64,000 nt of DNA from Candidatus Hodarchaeota archaeon (GCA_016839815.1 JAEOTM010000041.1:42366-106365); one strand, 5' to 3'; counted from the stretch's first letter, positions 19,854-30,922 are shown. Numbers and translations are program-made. Notes: a model not told the origin generated them from the sequence alone.

Positions 19854-20837
19854 ATGAAATTAACCTCAGTGATTGAAATGGAATTAGAAACAATTAAAAA
19901 TATTGGAATTGTTGGTGTGGGAGTTATGGGGCCTGGGATAGCAGAGGTTCTTGCAATATTTGGTTCCTCATATGACTTTACAATCAATTTATTTGATATT
20001 TCAAGTGAAGCAATTCAGAATGCTCAAAAACGAATGGAAGAAGACTTTGTCAAGGTAGAAAGTGTTGGGATCTTTAGTAAGGAAGACTTACAGGAAGCAC
20101 GAAATCGAATTCATTTTGTAACTGATCTAAATGCTCTCAAGGAGTCACATCTTATTATTGAAGTTATCCCTGAAAAACTCAATCTCAAACAGGATTTTTT
20201 CAAACAGATTGAAAGTTTAGTGTCTCCCGATACAATTTTAGCAACAAATTCTTCAGGTTTAAGTATAACAGCAATTGCAAAAGATACTCAACATCCAGAA
20301 AGGGTCATTGGAACGCATTTCATGAATCCTCCCTTACTAATGCCCTTAGTTGAAGTAGTAAAAGGTAAAGATACGTCTGATGAGACGATATCAAGAATAA
20401 TTGGTCTTTTGACAAATGTGAATAAACGCCCAGTCTTAGTGAAAAAAGATATTCCTGGATATGTACATAATCGATTACAAGCTGCAGTGTTTCGTGAATT
20501 AATGCACTTAGTGGATACTGAGGTTATGGACGTAGAAGACCTAGAAACAACTGTGAGGTACGGATTAGGCTTACGTCTACCCGTGATGAAAGTTTTCGAA
20601 ATGGTTGACCTGATGGGATTGGATACAATAAAAAATGTCCTTTCTTATCTGTATCCTGCGTTAGACCGATCCACCAAACCGCCTGACTTCTTAGAGGAGA
20701 TGATTGGGAAGGGAACATTAGGTGTCAAAACTGGTAAGGGATTTCATGACTATTCCAATGCAGATATGACAGAATCAATGAAAGAGAAAGAAGCAGCAAC
20801 ATTTCAACTGCTCATGATGATGCAGCAATATGACTAA
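19854..20837 (+). CDS. 3-hydroxyacyl-CoA dehydrogenase family
   Basis: GVGVMGPGIA, EVIPEKLNLK, ATNSSGL, GTHFMNPP, PGYVHNRLQ, GVKTGKGF. Confidence 0.9.
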   Translation: MKLTSVIEMELETIKNIGIVGVGVMGPGIAEVLAIFGSSYDFTINLFDISSEAIQNAQKRMEEDFVKVESVGIFSKEDLQEARNRIHFVTDLNALKESHLIIEVIPEKLNLKQDFFKQIESLVSPDTILATNSSGLSITAIAKDTQHPERVIGTHFMNPPLLMPLVEVVKGKDTSDETISRIIGLLTNVNKRPVLVKKDIPGYVHNRLQAAVFRELMHLVDTEVMDVEDLETTVRYGLGLRLPVMKVFEMVDLMGLDTIKNVLSYLYPALDRSTKPPDFLEEMIGKGTLGVKTGKGFHDYSNADMTESMKEKEAATFQLLMMMQQYD

Positions 20838-20891
20838 ATGCAGGAAAAAGTGGGTGGGAGAATCTTGGTATTCTCCTTACCTGATTAGCTT

Positions 20892-22259
20892 TTAAAAAGT
20901 AATATCCTTACCTTTTGTTTCAGGGATGAGTCGTAACACGAAGAACATTGCAATATAGGCAAATACACACAATGTCATTCCTACAGCAAGTGCTTGTGCA
21001 AATCCTAGTGGATCTAGTAGCACTCTTTCCTCAAGCTTAAGATGTGGGGCAATCTTAGGTTCTAGCTCGGTTGTTATGATTCCAATGATAAATGCTCCAA
21101 GAGCTAAAGCTCTTGCGACAGAAAAAATAAATGAGGTTGCGGTTGCTCTGAATCGTGTAGGAAATACTTCACTGCTCCAAATCCCAAATACACCGTGCAT
21201 TCCAAACGAGAATGTCAAAACGAGACACCCAACTATTATTAACGGAAAAACATAGGCAATGAAATTAAAAGTAACGAAAAGACTTACACCAACAAGACCA
21301 ATCACACAACTATAAAAAAAAGCTTTCTTTCTACCGATATAATCGCTTGCCCATCCTGTAAAGTACAGTGCAAACCCAGCAACAACCATAACTCCTAACA
21401 TTAATACCCTAGCAAGTGTTTTAGCTGACCCAACATCTCCTCCGCTCTGCTGTAACTCATATATGAACATATATTCGAAATATGTAGGAGCCCAATCAGC
21501 TAACGCGTGATAGGCGAATTCTGATAGCCAGAAGAGAACTGTAAGAAGAACCATGAATTTGATCCATTGAGAACTGAGTACATCACGTAAGCCAGATGTC
21601 TTATCTTTTTCTTCAACGAGTTTGATCTCACTGGAATCTCCGTCCAAAAACTCTTTCTGATCAATCCACACCTGAGATTCGTCTAATCTGTATTCAAGGT
21701 AAATTAAAAATGGAATTGGGAATAATGCAGATAAGAAACAAATTCTCCATCCTTCAAGTACAAGAGGTCCAAGTGTTATCGGTGCCATTTCACCGAAAAT
21801 CAGAGTAACTATTACTGCAGCAATATATCCCACAACAAAGGTACCATGCACTAATCCTCCCGCTTTTCCCCGTTTTTCAGATGGAAAAGTCTCAGAAAGA
21901 AGTGAAAAGGAAATCCCCCACGATACTCCTAATCCCGAAATTAGCCTTAATATAGCAAAGATTAGGAATGTGGGGGCGAAGGCAGAGAGGGCAGTAAATA
22001 CTGAATCCCACAGAACGGAGATTAAAAGAACTTGTTTCCGACCGAATTTGTCAGCCATATAACCGAAGAACGCAGCGCCGAAAACAGTCATTATATACTG
22101 CGCAGAAAAGACAAAACCTAGTTCCACTTTAGTAACTCCGAAATCAGCTGCAATTGTCGTAGCTAGTAGGGACACCAAAACTAATGCAAATCCATCATGG
22201 GCCCATCCGATTACTCCTGCGATCAACACAGGTATTTTGTTTTCTGTAGTCTCTGCCAT
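20892..22259 (-). CDS. MFS transporter (organic acid/metabolite type)
   Basis: GYMADKFGRK motif A, SETFPSEKRG, SEVFPTRFRAT, PETKGK; about 12 TM. Confidence 0.9.
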   Translation of the reverse strand: MAETTENKIPVLIAGVIGWAHDGFALVLVSLLATTIAADFGVTKVELGFVFSAQYIMTVFGAAFFGYMADKFGRKQVLLISVLWDSVFTALSAFAPTFLIFAILRLISGLGVSWGISFSLLSETFPSEKRGKAGGLVHGTFVVGYIAAVIVTLIFGEMAPITLGPLVLEGWRICFLSALFPIPFLIYLEYRLDESQVWIDQKEFLDGDSSEIKLVEEKDKTSGLRDVLSSQWIKFMVLLTVLFWLSEFAYHALADWAPTYFEYMFIYELQQSGGDVGSAKTLARVLMLGVMVVAGFALYFTGWASDYIGRKKAFFYSCVIGLVGVSLFVTFNFIAYVFPLIIVGCLVLTFSFGMHGVFGIWSSEVFPTRFRATATSFIFSVARALALGAFIIGIITTELEPKIAPHLKLEERVLLDPLGFAQALAVGMTLCVFAYIAMFFVLRLIPETKGKDITF

Positions 22260-22518
22260 TTATCATCACATATAACTATTCTAACAATCAATTCAAGCTT
22301 AATTTGAGTGTGGGAGAAGATTTCATTAAAAAATGTTTTGTCGAAATCAAAAGTATCGTTTACATCAAATTTGATTCCTATTAGAATTCCAGTTCGGGTT
22401 TAAGACTGTTGGTTCCTTTTTTCCCGACAGATATTTAATAAGAAAATTTGAACGATCTCCCCAATTACTCTGTATTATCTATCATGTGATCCTTTTTGAC
22501 ATGTAAAGCTTCTATTAG

Positions 22519-22977
22519 GTGAACCACATGGATATTTCCGCCATCTTTCACAATATTCTTGTTAAAATTCTTAAAAACACTCCTGGCCTTCAACACGCTA
22601 TGCTCACAGATAGTACGGGTCTTACACTAGCTAATGTAACTCGTTCAACGTCATCCTTAGAATTAGAGGGAATTGGCGCTTTATCCATGGCATTATTCAT
22701 AGGAATGCGTCAACAAGGAAATGAAGTTCAACTGGGTCCGCTTGGCTTTGTATTTTCGGAATTTAGTGAGGGTAAACTCATTTTACAATCGATAAACGAG
22801 GATTGTATATTAGTAGGGGTTATTTCGCAGAATGCCAACGTGTTGAAGGTAAAAACCTCCATTAAACGGTATACCGACGAAATTGGGGATCAGATTGAGC
22901 TTCTAAAAACCGCGAAATCTGTTGAAGCTAACTTATCAAAAAGCCTCCTTGATGAAGCTCTATCCGAATTAGACTAA
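22519..22977 (+). CDS. Roadblock/LC7 (MglB-like) domain protein
   Basis: GLQHAMLTDSTGLTLA...IGALSMALF...EFSEGKLILQ...ILVGV pattern typical of the roadblock fold. Confidence 0.85.
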   Translation: MNHMDISAIFHNILVKILKNTPGLQHAMLTDSTGLTLANVTRSTSSLELEGIGALSMALFIGMRQQGNEVQLGPLGFVFSEFSEGKLILQSINEDCILVGVISQNANVLKVKTSIKRYTDEIGDQIELLKTAKSVEANLSKSLLDEALSELD

Positions 22978-23005
22978 CATAGATTGTTCTCTCAATAACT
23001 TAACT

Positions 23006-23800
23006 TTGAGAGGGTTGAAAGTGGATTTACTTCCTAAAAAAATGTCTGAGCTGGCTGTAATTCTTCCATCCCACCTTGAAAAGGATACGGTTGTTCTTGC
23101 AGGCATCTGTGACTCTATTTTTGATGGGAGAATAAAATCTGATTTGGAAAAGGGAGAACGTGTCCTTTTAATTAAGAAAGATGGAAGTATTTTGCTTCAC
23201 AATGCAACAGGAACTCGTCCAGTCCAATGGCAAAGAGCTAAAGCTGGTAAGATTGTTTTTACTCATAACGATGAAGATAATACCTTATTGATGGAATCAT
23301 ACAGACCAAAAACGGATGAATCATTCTTTATTACATATTACGAGATAAATTTCGCAGCATTCATCCGTATGAAAGAAGAACTGTCTGGAGGAGGTGAAAC
23401 GATTGGGGATGAGAAAGATTTTGTTGATCAATTAGTTCTTCATCCAGATCTCATCGAACCTGAACTCAAAATAATTGAAAGAGAAAAAGAAATAGATTTC
23501 GGATTTATTGATCTCTATGCTCAGGATAGCAGTCACAATTTTGTAGCAATCGAAGTGAAGAAACAAAATGCGACTTTGACTGATGCATATCAGTTGCACC
23601 GATACATAGAGTTTTTTCAAGGCCAAGGAGAACATGTGCGAGGAATTCTTGTGGCCACTCACATCCCCAAGAAGGTACTTTCCTATCTAAAAGCCCACAA
23701 TCTAGATGGAAAATCAATTCCTTGGCAAGAAATATTTCCTACAGTAAAACGTCCTTCAAAACTAGTTAGAACAAGACAATTAGATAATTTTTGGAGTTGA
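23006..23800 (+). CDS. nucS: Endonuclease NucS/EndoMS
   Basis: IKKDGSILLH, PVQWQ, GFIDLYAQD, VAIEVKK, QLHRY, VRGILVA; C-terminal PIP-box-like QLDNFW. Confidence 0.93.
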   Translation: MRGLKVDLLPKKMSELAVILPSHLEKDTVVLAGICDSIFDGRIKSDLEKGERVLLIKKDGSILLHNATGTRPVQWQRAKAGKIVFTHNDEDNTLLMESYRPKTDESFFITYYEINFAAFIRMKEELSGGGETIGDEKDFVDQLVLHPDLIEPELKIIEREKEIDFGFIDLYAQDSSHNFVAIEVKKQNATLTDAYQLHRYIEFFQGQGEHVRGILVATHIPKKVLSYLKAHNLDGKSIPWQEIFPTVKRPSKLVRTRQLDNFWS

Positions 23801-23804
23801 AACT

Positions 23805-24770
23805 ATGACTGAGAGTATAGTTATTGATGCCCATGCAGATACCTTGCTAAAACTGTATTTTGCTTCACTTATGCGATTTTCATCTCAAGAAAATGACCCG
23901 CTTCACATTACAAAGGAATACCTAGAGGAAGGAAATGTTAATGTTCAGGTATTTGCTATGTTTGTGCCTCCTAAACTTGAAAAAATTGGTTTAGAAGTAA
24001 CACTGGAAATGATCGCACTAGCAAAAGATCTAGCCAAGGAAAAAAACTTTACTATCATTAAATCATCTAAGGAACTTGGATATATTTCCCATAAAAAGGA
24101 ATCAACAACAGGAATGGTTCTAAGTATAGAAGGGGCTATCGCTTTGGAGAGGAATCTAAAAATTCTCCCCCTAGTCCACGAGTTGGGAGTTCGGAATATA
24201 GGCATCACTTGGAGTAGACCAAACTTATTCGGAGAAGGAGTTAATTTTAATGAAAAAAAAACTGGACACGGGTTATCTAAAGATGGAATACAGCTTTTGG
24301 AAGAAATGGAAAATCTAGGGATGGTAATTGATGTTGCTCATCTTAATTATGAAGGATATATGGATGTGATGCAGTTCACAGATGCTCCTTTTATCGATTC
24401 ACACTCCAATGCCCATTCAATCTGTCCTGTGTCCAGGAATTTGACTGATGATCAATTAGAAATGATTGGTTCAGCGGATGGAGTAGTTGGAGTTAATTTT
24501 TATCCGAAATTTCTCTCGATCACACCAGAAAAAGCTTCAATAAATGATGTAATCAAGCATATCAAATATATCGCAGAATTAATTGGGGTAAAACATGTTG
24601 GATTAGGATCTGATTTTGATGGTATTGCAACTACTCCCATTGGATTAGAAGATGCCAGAAAAATGAAGGAGTTAGTCCCTTTACTTGAAAAAGAAGGATT
24701 TAGCTCCAAGGAGACCTCAAAGATTATGGGAGGTAACTTTGAGCGAGTATTTCGAAAAATATGGAAATGA
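23805..24770 (+). CDS. Membrane dipeptidase, peptidase M19
   Basis: IDAHAD, LSIEG, IDVAH, SHSNA, RNLTDDQL, HVGLGSDFDG. Confidence 0.92.
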   Translation: MTESIVIDAHADTLLKLYFASLMRFSSQENDPLHITKEYLEEGNVNVQVFAMFVPPKLEKIGLEVTLEMIALAKDLAKEKNFTIIKSSKELGYISHKKESTTGMVLSIEGAIALERNLKILPLVHELGVRNIGITWSRPNLFGEGVNFNEKKTGHGLSKDGIQLLEEMENLGMVIDVAHLNYEGYMDVMQFTDAPFIDSHSNAHSICPVSRNLTDDQLEMIGSADGVVGVNFYPKFLSITPEKASINDVIKHIKYIAELIGVKHVGLGSDFDGIATTPIGLEDARKMKELVPLLEKEGFSSKETSKIMGGNFERVFRKIWK

Positions 24771-25046
24771 TCAAGTAATTGCGAATTGGTCTAAGAATCT
24801 AAACCTAACCTTTCCCAATGGTTGGAAATGCTCTTCTCCAAGACTTTAATCAATTCTTGATTTTTAATTATCTGAGAAAAGCGCTTTTGAGGTTCAAGAT
24901 ATTCAATTAAAGGATCTCTTTTTGATTGATCACGATATGATCGACTGGGATCCGATAAATGTGTATTCCCGCCATAAAATTCATATAAAATTTCATAATG
25001 AGAGTAGCAAAAACAATTTTTAAAGAAGAATTCATTAATACCCGAT

Positions 25047-25376
25047 TTAATCAAAATCGAAGATACTTCTTCCACGGTTGAATAAATCTACGTGCCCACA
25101 ACGTCGGCAAGACATCATAACCACTTTAAAGCTTGTAAACCCCCATTTGGAATCTAACCGTCCTTTGTCTTTGGCGAAATCTTGTCCACCACATAGAGTA
25201 CATCTTAATACCAAACCTTCACCAGTATTTCGATCTCCAAAACCGATTGATTCCTCCCGGCGCGAGTATTGTACTGGTTGTCTCTCTGCTGCAGCTGGAC
25301 TTAATGTAGCTCCACAGCTTTTACAAAATTTGGCGTTTCCAGTATTTTCAGTTCCACATGTTTCACAGTAAACCAT
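25047..25376 (-). CDS. Double zinc-ribbon protein
   Basis: CETCG...FCKSCG and CTLCGG...SCRRCGHVDLF. Confidence 0.8.
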   Translation of the reverse strand: MVYCETCGTENTGNAKFCKSCGATLSPAAAERQPVQYSRREESIGFGDRNTGEGLVLRCTLCGGQDFAKDKGRLDSKWGFTSFKVVMMSCRRCGHVDLFNRGRSIFDFD

Positions 25377-25583
25377 AATTCTTTACCTTCGTTTCATATT
25401 TTGCTTGATTTATTGTCAGAATATCTTCTTTATAAGCTCTCTGAATGCGGAACTAGGGTTGTAGATGGGAGTAATTTTTCTATTGGGGAGGATGATTTAT
25501 AGAATGAATAAGCGGACATAAAAACTCTCTTATTTCCTCCCTCTATTAAGCAACAATTTACAAAAACGTCTGGTTTTTCCATA

Positions 25584-26825
25584 ATGGATCTAATTAATAA
25601 GTCTGAACTAGTTTATCTCCTCTATCATCTTCCAGTGGCTTTGAGTACGCCCTTTATTAGCTGGTATTTTTATAATATATCCGGAGGAGATTTTTTAGGA
25701 GCAGGCTTAATTATTAGCATTCCTTATATTGCCTTTATTTTCTCTACTGCTTTTTTTGGTCGACTGAGTGATCTTATTGGTTCAAAGAATCTGGTCACCT
25801 TTGCCCTTTCTATGCAGATGGTATCATTTATTGTATATTACAATATTTCTAGACCTTGGTTGTTTTTTCTAGCGTATATAGGGTTCAATGTGTTAATTTC
25901 CGCCTTTAGTCCATCAATGAATAGATATATTTCAGTAACTACGGAGGCAACCAATCAATCCAAACAAGGAGATGTTTTTGGTAGGCTAACAATGTGGGCT
26001 AGCCTTGGATTTTTCTTGGGAAGTGTACTCGCAACAGTTTTATTAGATTCTGAAAGTCAAGATTTTCGACCACTATTCCTTGCTGCAATTTTTTTCTCTT
26101 TTATCGCTTTATGCGGAGTAATCTTACTCGATTCTGAAAAAAAGATAGGTATAAAGTATCCCCATCAAAATCCGACAAGAAGCGCGACCGATATTGGGAT
26201 ACGATCCTATATCACAGAATTAAAATCAATCGGAATACTTCTCATACTAGTCCTAATCACACAAATATCTGTTTCTCTCTATTCAAGTTTTTTCACGATA
26301 TTTATTGATTCTGAGCTTAATCAACCGGTAAATTATGCTGCAGTAGCTAATTCAGTTGCAACTTTAATCGGAATGGGAGTTTCGTATACTGTCGGTCGAT
26401 CAATAACTGCAGGTTTTAATAAAAAAGGTGTTATTTTAATCGGGTTAGCAATTTATTTAGTATTACCCACCCTAACCTTCATTTTTGCAGACAATCCAAT
26501 AATTGTAATTGGTCTTTATTGTATTCCAGCATACAGTACATTTTTTGTCGTTGCACCAGTAGTGATATCAGAAAATACAGACAGCAAAGTCAGAGGGTTA
26601 GCTATGGGTTTATACTCGGCATTCACCTTTGGTGGCCAAGCAATAGGGACATTGATAAGTGCTTATATGGCTGATTATTTTGAGGTTATTAAGTACAATT
26701 TTCTTCTTGCAGGTATTATCTCATTATTCGGAATATTAATTGGATTTATATTCTTTAAAGAAAGAGTAATAGATCCCAAGTCAGCAAATAAGGACGTTTA
26801 TGTAGATTCATCTATTTTAGCATGA
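25584..26825 (+). CDS. MFS transporter
   Basis: FGRLSDLIGSK, RGLAMG; about 12 TM. Confidence 0.88.
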   Translation: MDLINKSELVYLLYHLPVALSTPFISWYFYNISGGDFLGAGLIISIPYIAFIFSTAFFGRLSDLIGSKNLVTFALSMQMVSFIVYYNISRPWLFFLAYIGFNVLISAFSPSMNRYISVTTEATNQSKQGDVFGRLTMWASLGFFLGSVLATVLLDSESQDFRPLFLAAIFFSFIALCGVILLDSEKKIGIKYPHQNPTRSATDIGIRSYITELKSIGILLILVLITQISVSLYSSFFTIFIDSELNQPVNYAAVANSVATLIGMGVSYTVGRSITAGFNKKGVILIGLAIYLVLPTLTFIFADNPIIVIGLYCIPAYSTFFVVAPVVISENTDSKVRGLAMGLYSAFTFGGQAIGTLISAYMADYFEVIKYNFLLAGIISLFGILIGFIFFKERVIDPKSANKDVYVDSSILA

Positions 26826-27316
26826 TCTATGTGAAGTACTTTCGTTTCAACCTCATCTAAATCTTCATCACCTGGAAAAAGTAAACGAGCTTCTGCTAAA
26901 AGGTTTCTTGCTTCACGAATAAGTCGTGCTTTGGCACTAGCCTCAATCCAAGCTATCCAGTCAATTTTTTCTATGTGTAATGGGTATAAAACAGAGAATT
27001 GTTTGTATAGATTTTCTGCTTTTGCGTAATATGATGCGTCTTCTCTTCCCCCTAGCCTCATATACCCTTTAGCAAGATTCCTGATTACTGTAATATGGTT
27101 AGGTGGATTACTACGAGTTTCTGGAGTATTAAGTCTCTCTTCAAGGCGAGTAATTTTTTCTTTTAGGGTTAATTTGGAACTTTCAAGAGGTAACGTGCTA
27201 GTTTCTCCAGATTTCTCCCGATCAACCCTACTAGCATCCATTCCTTTCTGAAGATCAAGTTTTGAATCACTTCGGATCGTTTTAACCTTTGATTTACCTC
27301 TACGCAGAAAACTCAT
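26798..27316 (-). CDS. Hypothetical protein with TPR-like helical C-terminus
   Basis: LAKGYMRLG...YAKAENLY...EARNLLAEARLLFP. Confidence 0.55.
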   Translation of the reverse strand: MSFLRRGKSKVKTIRSDSKLDLQKGMDASRVDREKSGETSTLPLESSKLTLKEKITRLEERLNTPETRSNPPNHITVIRNLAKGYMRLGGREDASYYAKAENLYKQFSVLYPLHIEKIDWIAWIEASAKARLIREARNLLAEARLLFPGDEDLDEVETKVLHIDHAKIDEST

Positions 27317-27508
27317 ATTTTTCCGTCCAGAATTGCTAAAGAAGTTAGTTATACGAGATTGCTGTTTGAATGTAGTTTTTCAGTATTTTAGTATTTTGAT
27401 TCTCAAGCTGTTTCAGTAATTCAGTAGAGTAATTCTCCACTGACCCAAACTGCATGAAAATATTTAATTTTCCAAATACAAAAATAATCTCTTAATGGAC
27501 GATATCTA

Positions 27509-29983
27509 CTATTCAATCACTCTTAGAGCTGATGGAAGATCCATTTTACTCAATTTTTTGATTGAGAGAAGAGGAGTTAGTGCGACAAGAACCACACCAA
27601 TGAATAAAATGATTGTAATACTATTAAGAAATAGGAATCCTGCTATAGTCACTTCAGGCATGGAGGTACGAATTTGAATCTGGAAAATCTCCATTACAAT
27701 CATTCCGAGGGGGAAAAAACCAATTAAGGTTCCAAAAATCCCAATAATTATACTTTCCACCATCATCATCCAAGTTGAGGTACGGATAGGTGTTCCAAAC
27801 GCGCCCATAGTTGCAAATTCTCGCAATCTCTCGTCAAAGTTTATAGTAGCGGTATTAAAAGCTAGTAGTAAAGCAAGAGCCATGACTGCGTATTGGATCA
27901 CAGATAATACTTCAGTAAAAAGCTCAATAAGTTCTTCATAAGTTTCCACAAGTCTTATTATTGTCTGTACTCCGCTATATGCAGGCATATCGAAAAGATC
28001 TTCTTGGATCGATTCAATTGATACTCCTGGTTTGGGTAGTAAAATCAGAGAGTTGATTAATCCAGTACAATTTAAGATATTATCATTAGTTAGGTCTAAA
28101 AACGCCCAAAATCGAACTTGACTTCCGTAAATTCCAATGATATCTACTGATGTATTCATCATGGAATATTGGTAAGAGCTCTCCCGAAATAGATGCTCTA
28201 AGAAGAGAGTATCACCTAATTCCACATGCAAATCACGAGCAGTTTTTTCAGAAATGATAATACCAGGATTCGTTGAAATTGTTTCGACGTTCCCCTCGGT
28301 TAATTCTGGAGTCCATATAGAATTTTGGAGATCGAAAAAGTGAATACTGAGAGGATATGAATCTGAATCCCCAATAACAGTTCCTGGAATTTCAATCGCA
28401 GGAATGGCTTTTTCTAATTTAGAGTTCTGTGTAATATTAGTGACTACTTCTGTTGAGTTGGGATAAAATCCATTTAAAGCAACATGCAGACGGTTAGGTG
28501 AATGACCTTCCATGATCTCCTGTTCAAGAGCTAGAAGATGAGTTCCACCGTTCAGAAGAGCCAGAATTGCTATGAGAACAGAAAGTGACAATGCTACTCC
28601 CATTATGGTAGAAAATGTACGCCGAGGATTACGAGCAAAATTTCTAAACGGTAGTTGAAGAAAAATTGAGCCAGGAAATCGTAAGCGTTCGAGTAAAGGA
28701 GCAGCACCTTTTCCTGTAGATAGTGTATATCCAATTTGGATTGCCTGAATAGGTTTAACTCTTGTAGCTCTCCATATTGGGATTATTGTTGCAGAGAAGG
28801 GGATAAGTATTCCAAGAATAGCCCCTTGCAGAAATAAATCAATAACTAACCATTCCTCCCAAACAGGAAAAGGAATCACTTCAGCGAAAACTGATCCTAG
28901 TCGATCACCTAGAAATTGAGAAAGAATTAAGCCACAGATTACTCCCCCTATTGCAATCTCGAAGGAAAAAATTAGATATCGAATTGCTAATTGCCATGGG
29001 GGCACCCCCAAAGCCATATTAATACCGATTTGGCGTCTATGAGAATTAATTACCCGAGAAACAAGATTAAAAGTTCCAAAAGCTGCTGCTAGGAGTACAA
29101 GAAATGAAATAATAAAGTACATACTTTGATCATTAGGAATATCTTCCTTTTGTATCCTATATGCGGGGTAATCATCTTTCTCTGTGAATTTTATGTCAAT
29201 AGCGGGAAATTCAAGGGCAAAAACATCAGTAATTTCTTCCTGTAAAACATCCATATCAGCTTCAGAGGAAATAAGGAATAGTGCTTCATTTACATGACCA
29301 AGTGGTAATCCGATTTGATACTGTAAGATTTGTTGAGCTGTATTTATCGGTATAAATAATGCACAAAAGACTGATTCTGCTTTAACAGCATTCCCTTCAA
29401 TTACCATGAAATATTCGGGACTTAATCCAGAACCAATACAAGAGAGCGTAAAACCTCCAGATATTTCAATATTGTAGTTATCAGTCGGAGTATCATAATA
29501 TTGAGCAAAATTATACTCGACAATACATACCGAATCATTAACTTCTGTAGCTAAAATATCTCGTCCATCAATTACTTTTATTCCATTTACTTCTAAATTA
29601 TTTGAACCAGAAGTAACATTCACCCCAATAACTCTACCATTCACTAGAATGGATTGATTTTCAGTCGAAGCATTGACAGAAACTGGAAAAACAACACGAT
29701 ATTCTATTGCTTCTATCCACTGGGCATGGGGTAGTTGTTTTAAGCTTGAACTTAGTACTGACTGATTTATCCAGCTCCCAAACGCAAGTTCCATCTTGAG
29801 ATCGAACATGTATAACTGTTCATTGCTTTGATCGAAGGCATATTGTCTCCAAGGAGTGGTGCTACTAAGTCCTACATAGGCCCCAGTTCCTAATCCAATT
29901 ACTAAGGATAAAGCAATGACTTGGAATTTTCTTTCCCGTAAGTCTCGGAACGACCAGCGAAGCAAAAACCGTATTTGTGCCAT
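27509..29983 (-). CDS. FtsX/MacB-type ABC transporter permease (duplicated)
   Basis: RRQIGINMALG and ERLREFATMGAFG motifs; two large extracytoplasmic loops. Confidence 0.9.
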   Translation of the reverse strand: MAQIRFLLRWSFRDLRERKFQVIALSLVIGLGTGAYVGLSSTTPWRQYAFDQSNEQLYMFDLKMELAFGSWINQSVLSSSLKQLPHAQWIEAIEYRVVFPVSVNASTENQSILVNGRVIGVNVTSGSNNLEVNGIKVIDGRDILATEVNDSVCIVEYNFAQYYDTPTDNYNIEISGGFTLSCIGSGLSPEYFMVIEGNAVKAESVFCALFIPINTAQQILQYQIGLPLGHVNEALFLISSEADMDVLQEEITDVFALEFPAIDIKFTEKDDYPAYRIQKEDIPNDQSMYFIISFLVLLAAAFGTFNLVSRVINSHRRQIGINMALGVPPWQLAIRYLIFSFEIAIGGVICGLILSQFLGDRLGSVFAEVIPFPVWEEWLVIDLFLQGAILGILIPFSATIIPIWRATRVKPIQAIQIGYTLSTGKGAAPLLERLRFPGSIFLQLPFRNFARNPRRTFSTIMGVALSLSVLIAILALLNGGTHLLALEQEIMEGHSPNRLHVALNGFYPNSTEVVTNITQNSKLEKAIPAIEIPGTVIGDSDSYPLSIHFFDLQNSIWTPELTEGNVETISTNPGIIISEKTARDLHVELGDTLFLEHLFRESSYQYSMMNTSVDIIGIYGSQVRFWAFLDLTNDNILNCTGLINSLILLPKPGVSIESIQEDLFDMPAYSGVQTIIRLVETYEELIELFTEVLSVIQYAVMALALLLAFNTATINFDERLREFATMGAFGTPIRTSTWMMMVESIIIGIFGTLIGFFPLGMIVMEIFQIQIRTSMPEVTIAGFLFLNSITIILFIGVVLVALTPLLSIKKLSKMDLPSALRVIE

Positions 29984-29987
29984 AGCA

Positions 29988-30701
29988 TCACCACTTGAGG
30001 TTATCAATACTCACGGTTCCATCTGTCGGGGGACCATCCGAAACAATTTTTCCTGCTTGTAATTCAATAACCCGGTGAGCTAATCTTGAGATCTCACGAT
30101 TGTGTGTAACTAAAAGTATCGTTTTTTTGGATTGCTTCTGTTCCACAAGAAGTGATAATATTTGCCTCCCTGTTTTAAAATCGAGTTCACCTGTAGGTTC
30201 ATCAGCTAGTATTATCGGTGCGTCTTTCACCAAAGCACGTGCTATAGCAACTCGCTGCTGCTCGCCACCTGAAAGCTGATGTGGGAAGTGACGGATCCGT
30301 TCCCCCAATCCTACTGTTTTTAAAGCCTCTATCGCTTTATTCCTGCTTTTCCTTAATTTTGCTAGATCAGCCACATATTGAACATTTTCTAGTGCAGATA
30401 ATGTAGGAAAGAGGTTAAAAGTTTGAAAAATAAAACCAATCGTCTCACGTCTATAAGTAAATTGTTTTTGTCTCTTTATTTGCGCAATATCCTTCTCAGC
30501 TATTTGAATCACTCCATTAGTTGGATTTTCTAAGGCTCCTATTAGATTCAAAAGGGTTGTTTTTCCAGAACCAGAAGGACCTAAAACTACAACAACTTCT
30601 CCATGAGTGATCTCTGTAGATAACTCTTCAAGGGCCTTGACGGTCGTATTTCCCATTTGATAATATTTTGAGACATTAAGTAGTTTAATATCATAATTCA
30701 T
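29988..30701 (-). CDS. ABC ATPase, LolD/MacB type
   Basis: GPSGSGKTT, LSGGEQQRVAIARAL, ADEPTGELD, VTHN; start moved to MNYDIK. Confidence 0.95.
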   Translation of the reverse strand: MNYDIKLLNVSKYYQMGNTTVKALEELSTEITHGEVVVVLGPSGSGKTTLLNLIGALENPTNGVIQIAEKDIAQIKRQKQFTYRRETIGFIFQTFNLFPTLSALENVQYVADLAKLRKSRNKAIEALKTVGLGERIRHFPHQLSGGEQQRVAIARALVKDAPIILADEPTGELDFKTGRQILSLLVEQKQSKKTILLVTHNREISRLAHRVIELQAGKIVSDGPPTDGTVSIDNLKW

Positions 30702-30922
30702 GATAAGAACACTTACGCTTACTTGGTTTTCTGAACAGATTATCCAGAACTTAGAATTCAATAAATTTAGGTATTGAACAATCACAAGATTATCACAAGA
30801 TTTAAACATATTTTTATGGACATTTGGTAGAAATAGATTCCACAATTCCTATAGAAGATGAGCAAATGGATTGATGAAAATCACCATCTTCAGTCACGAA
30901 GTAAGGAAGAAATGATGGGAAA

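Noticed and set aside
24791-25075. 94-aa minus-strand ORF filling the gap after the zinc-ribbon gene
   Set aside because: Start overlaps the upstream gene and no motif is recognised; could be a small gene or remnant but I cannot support it
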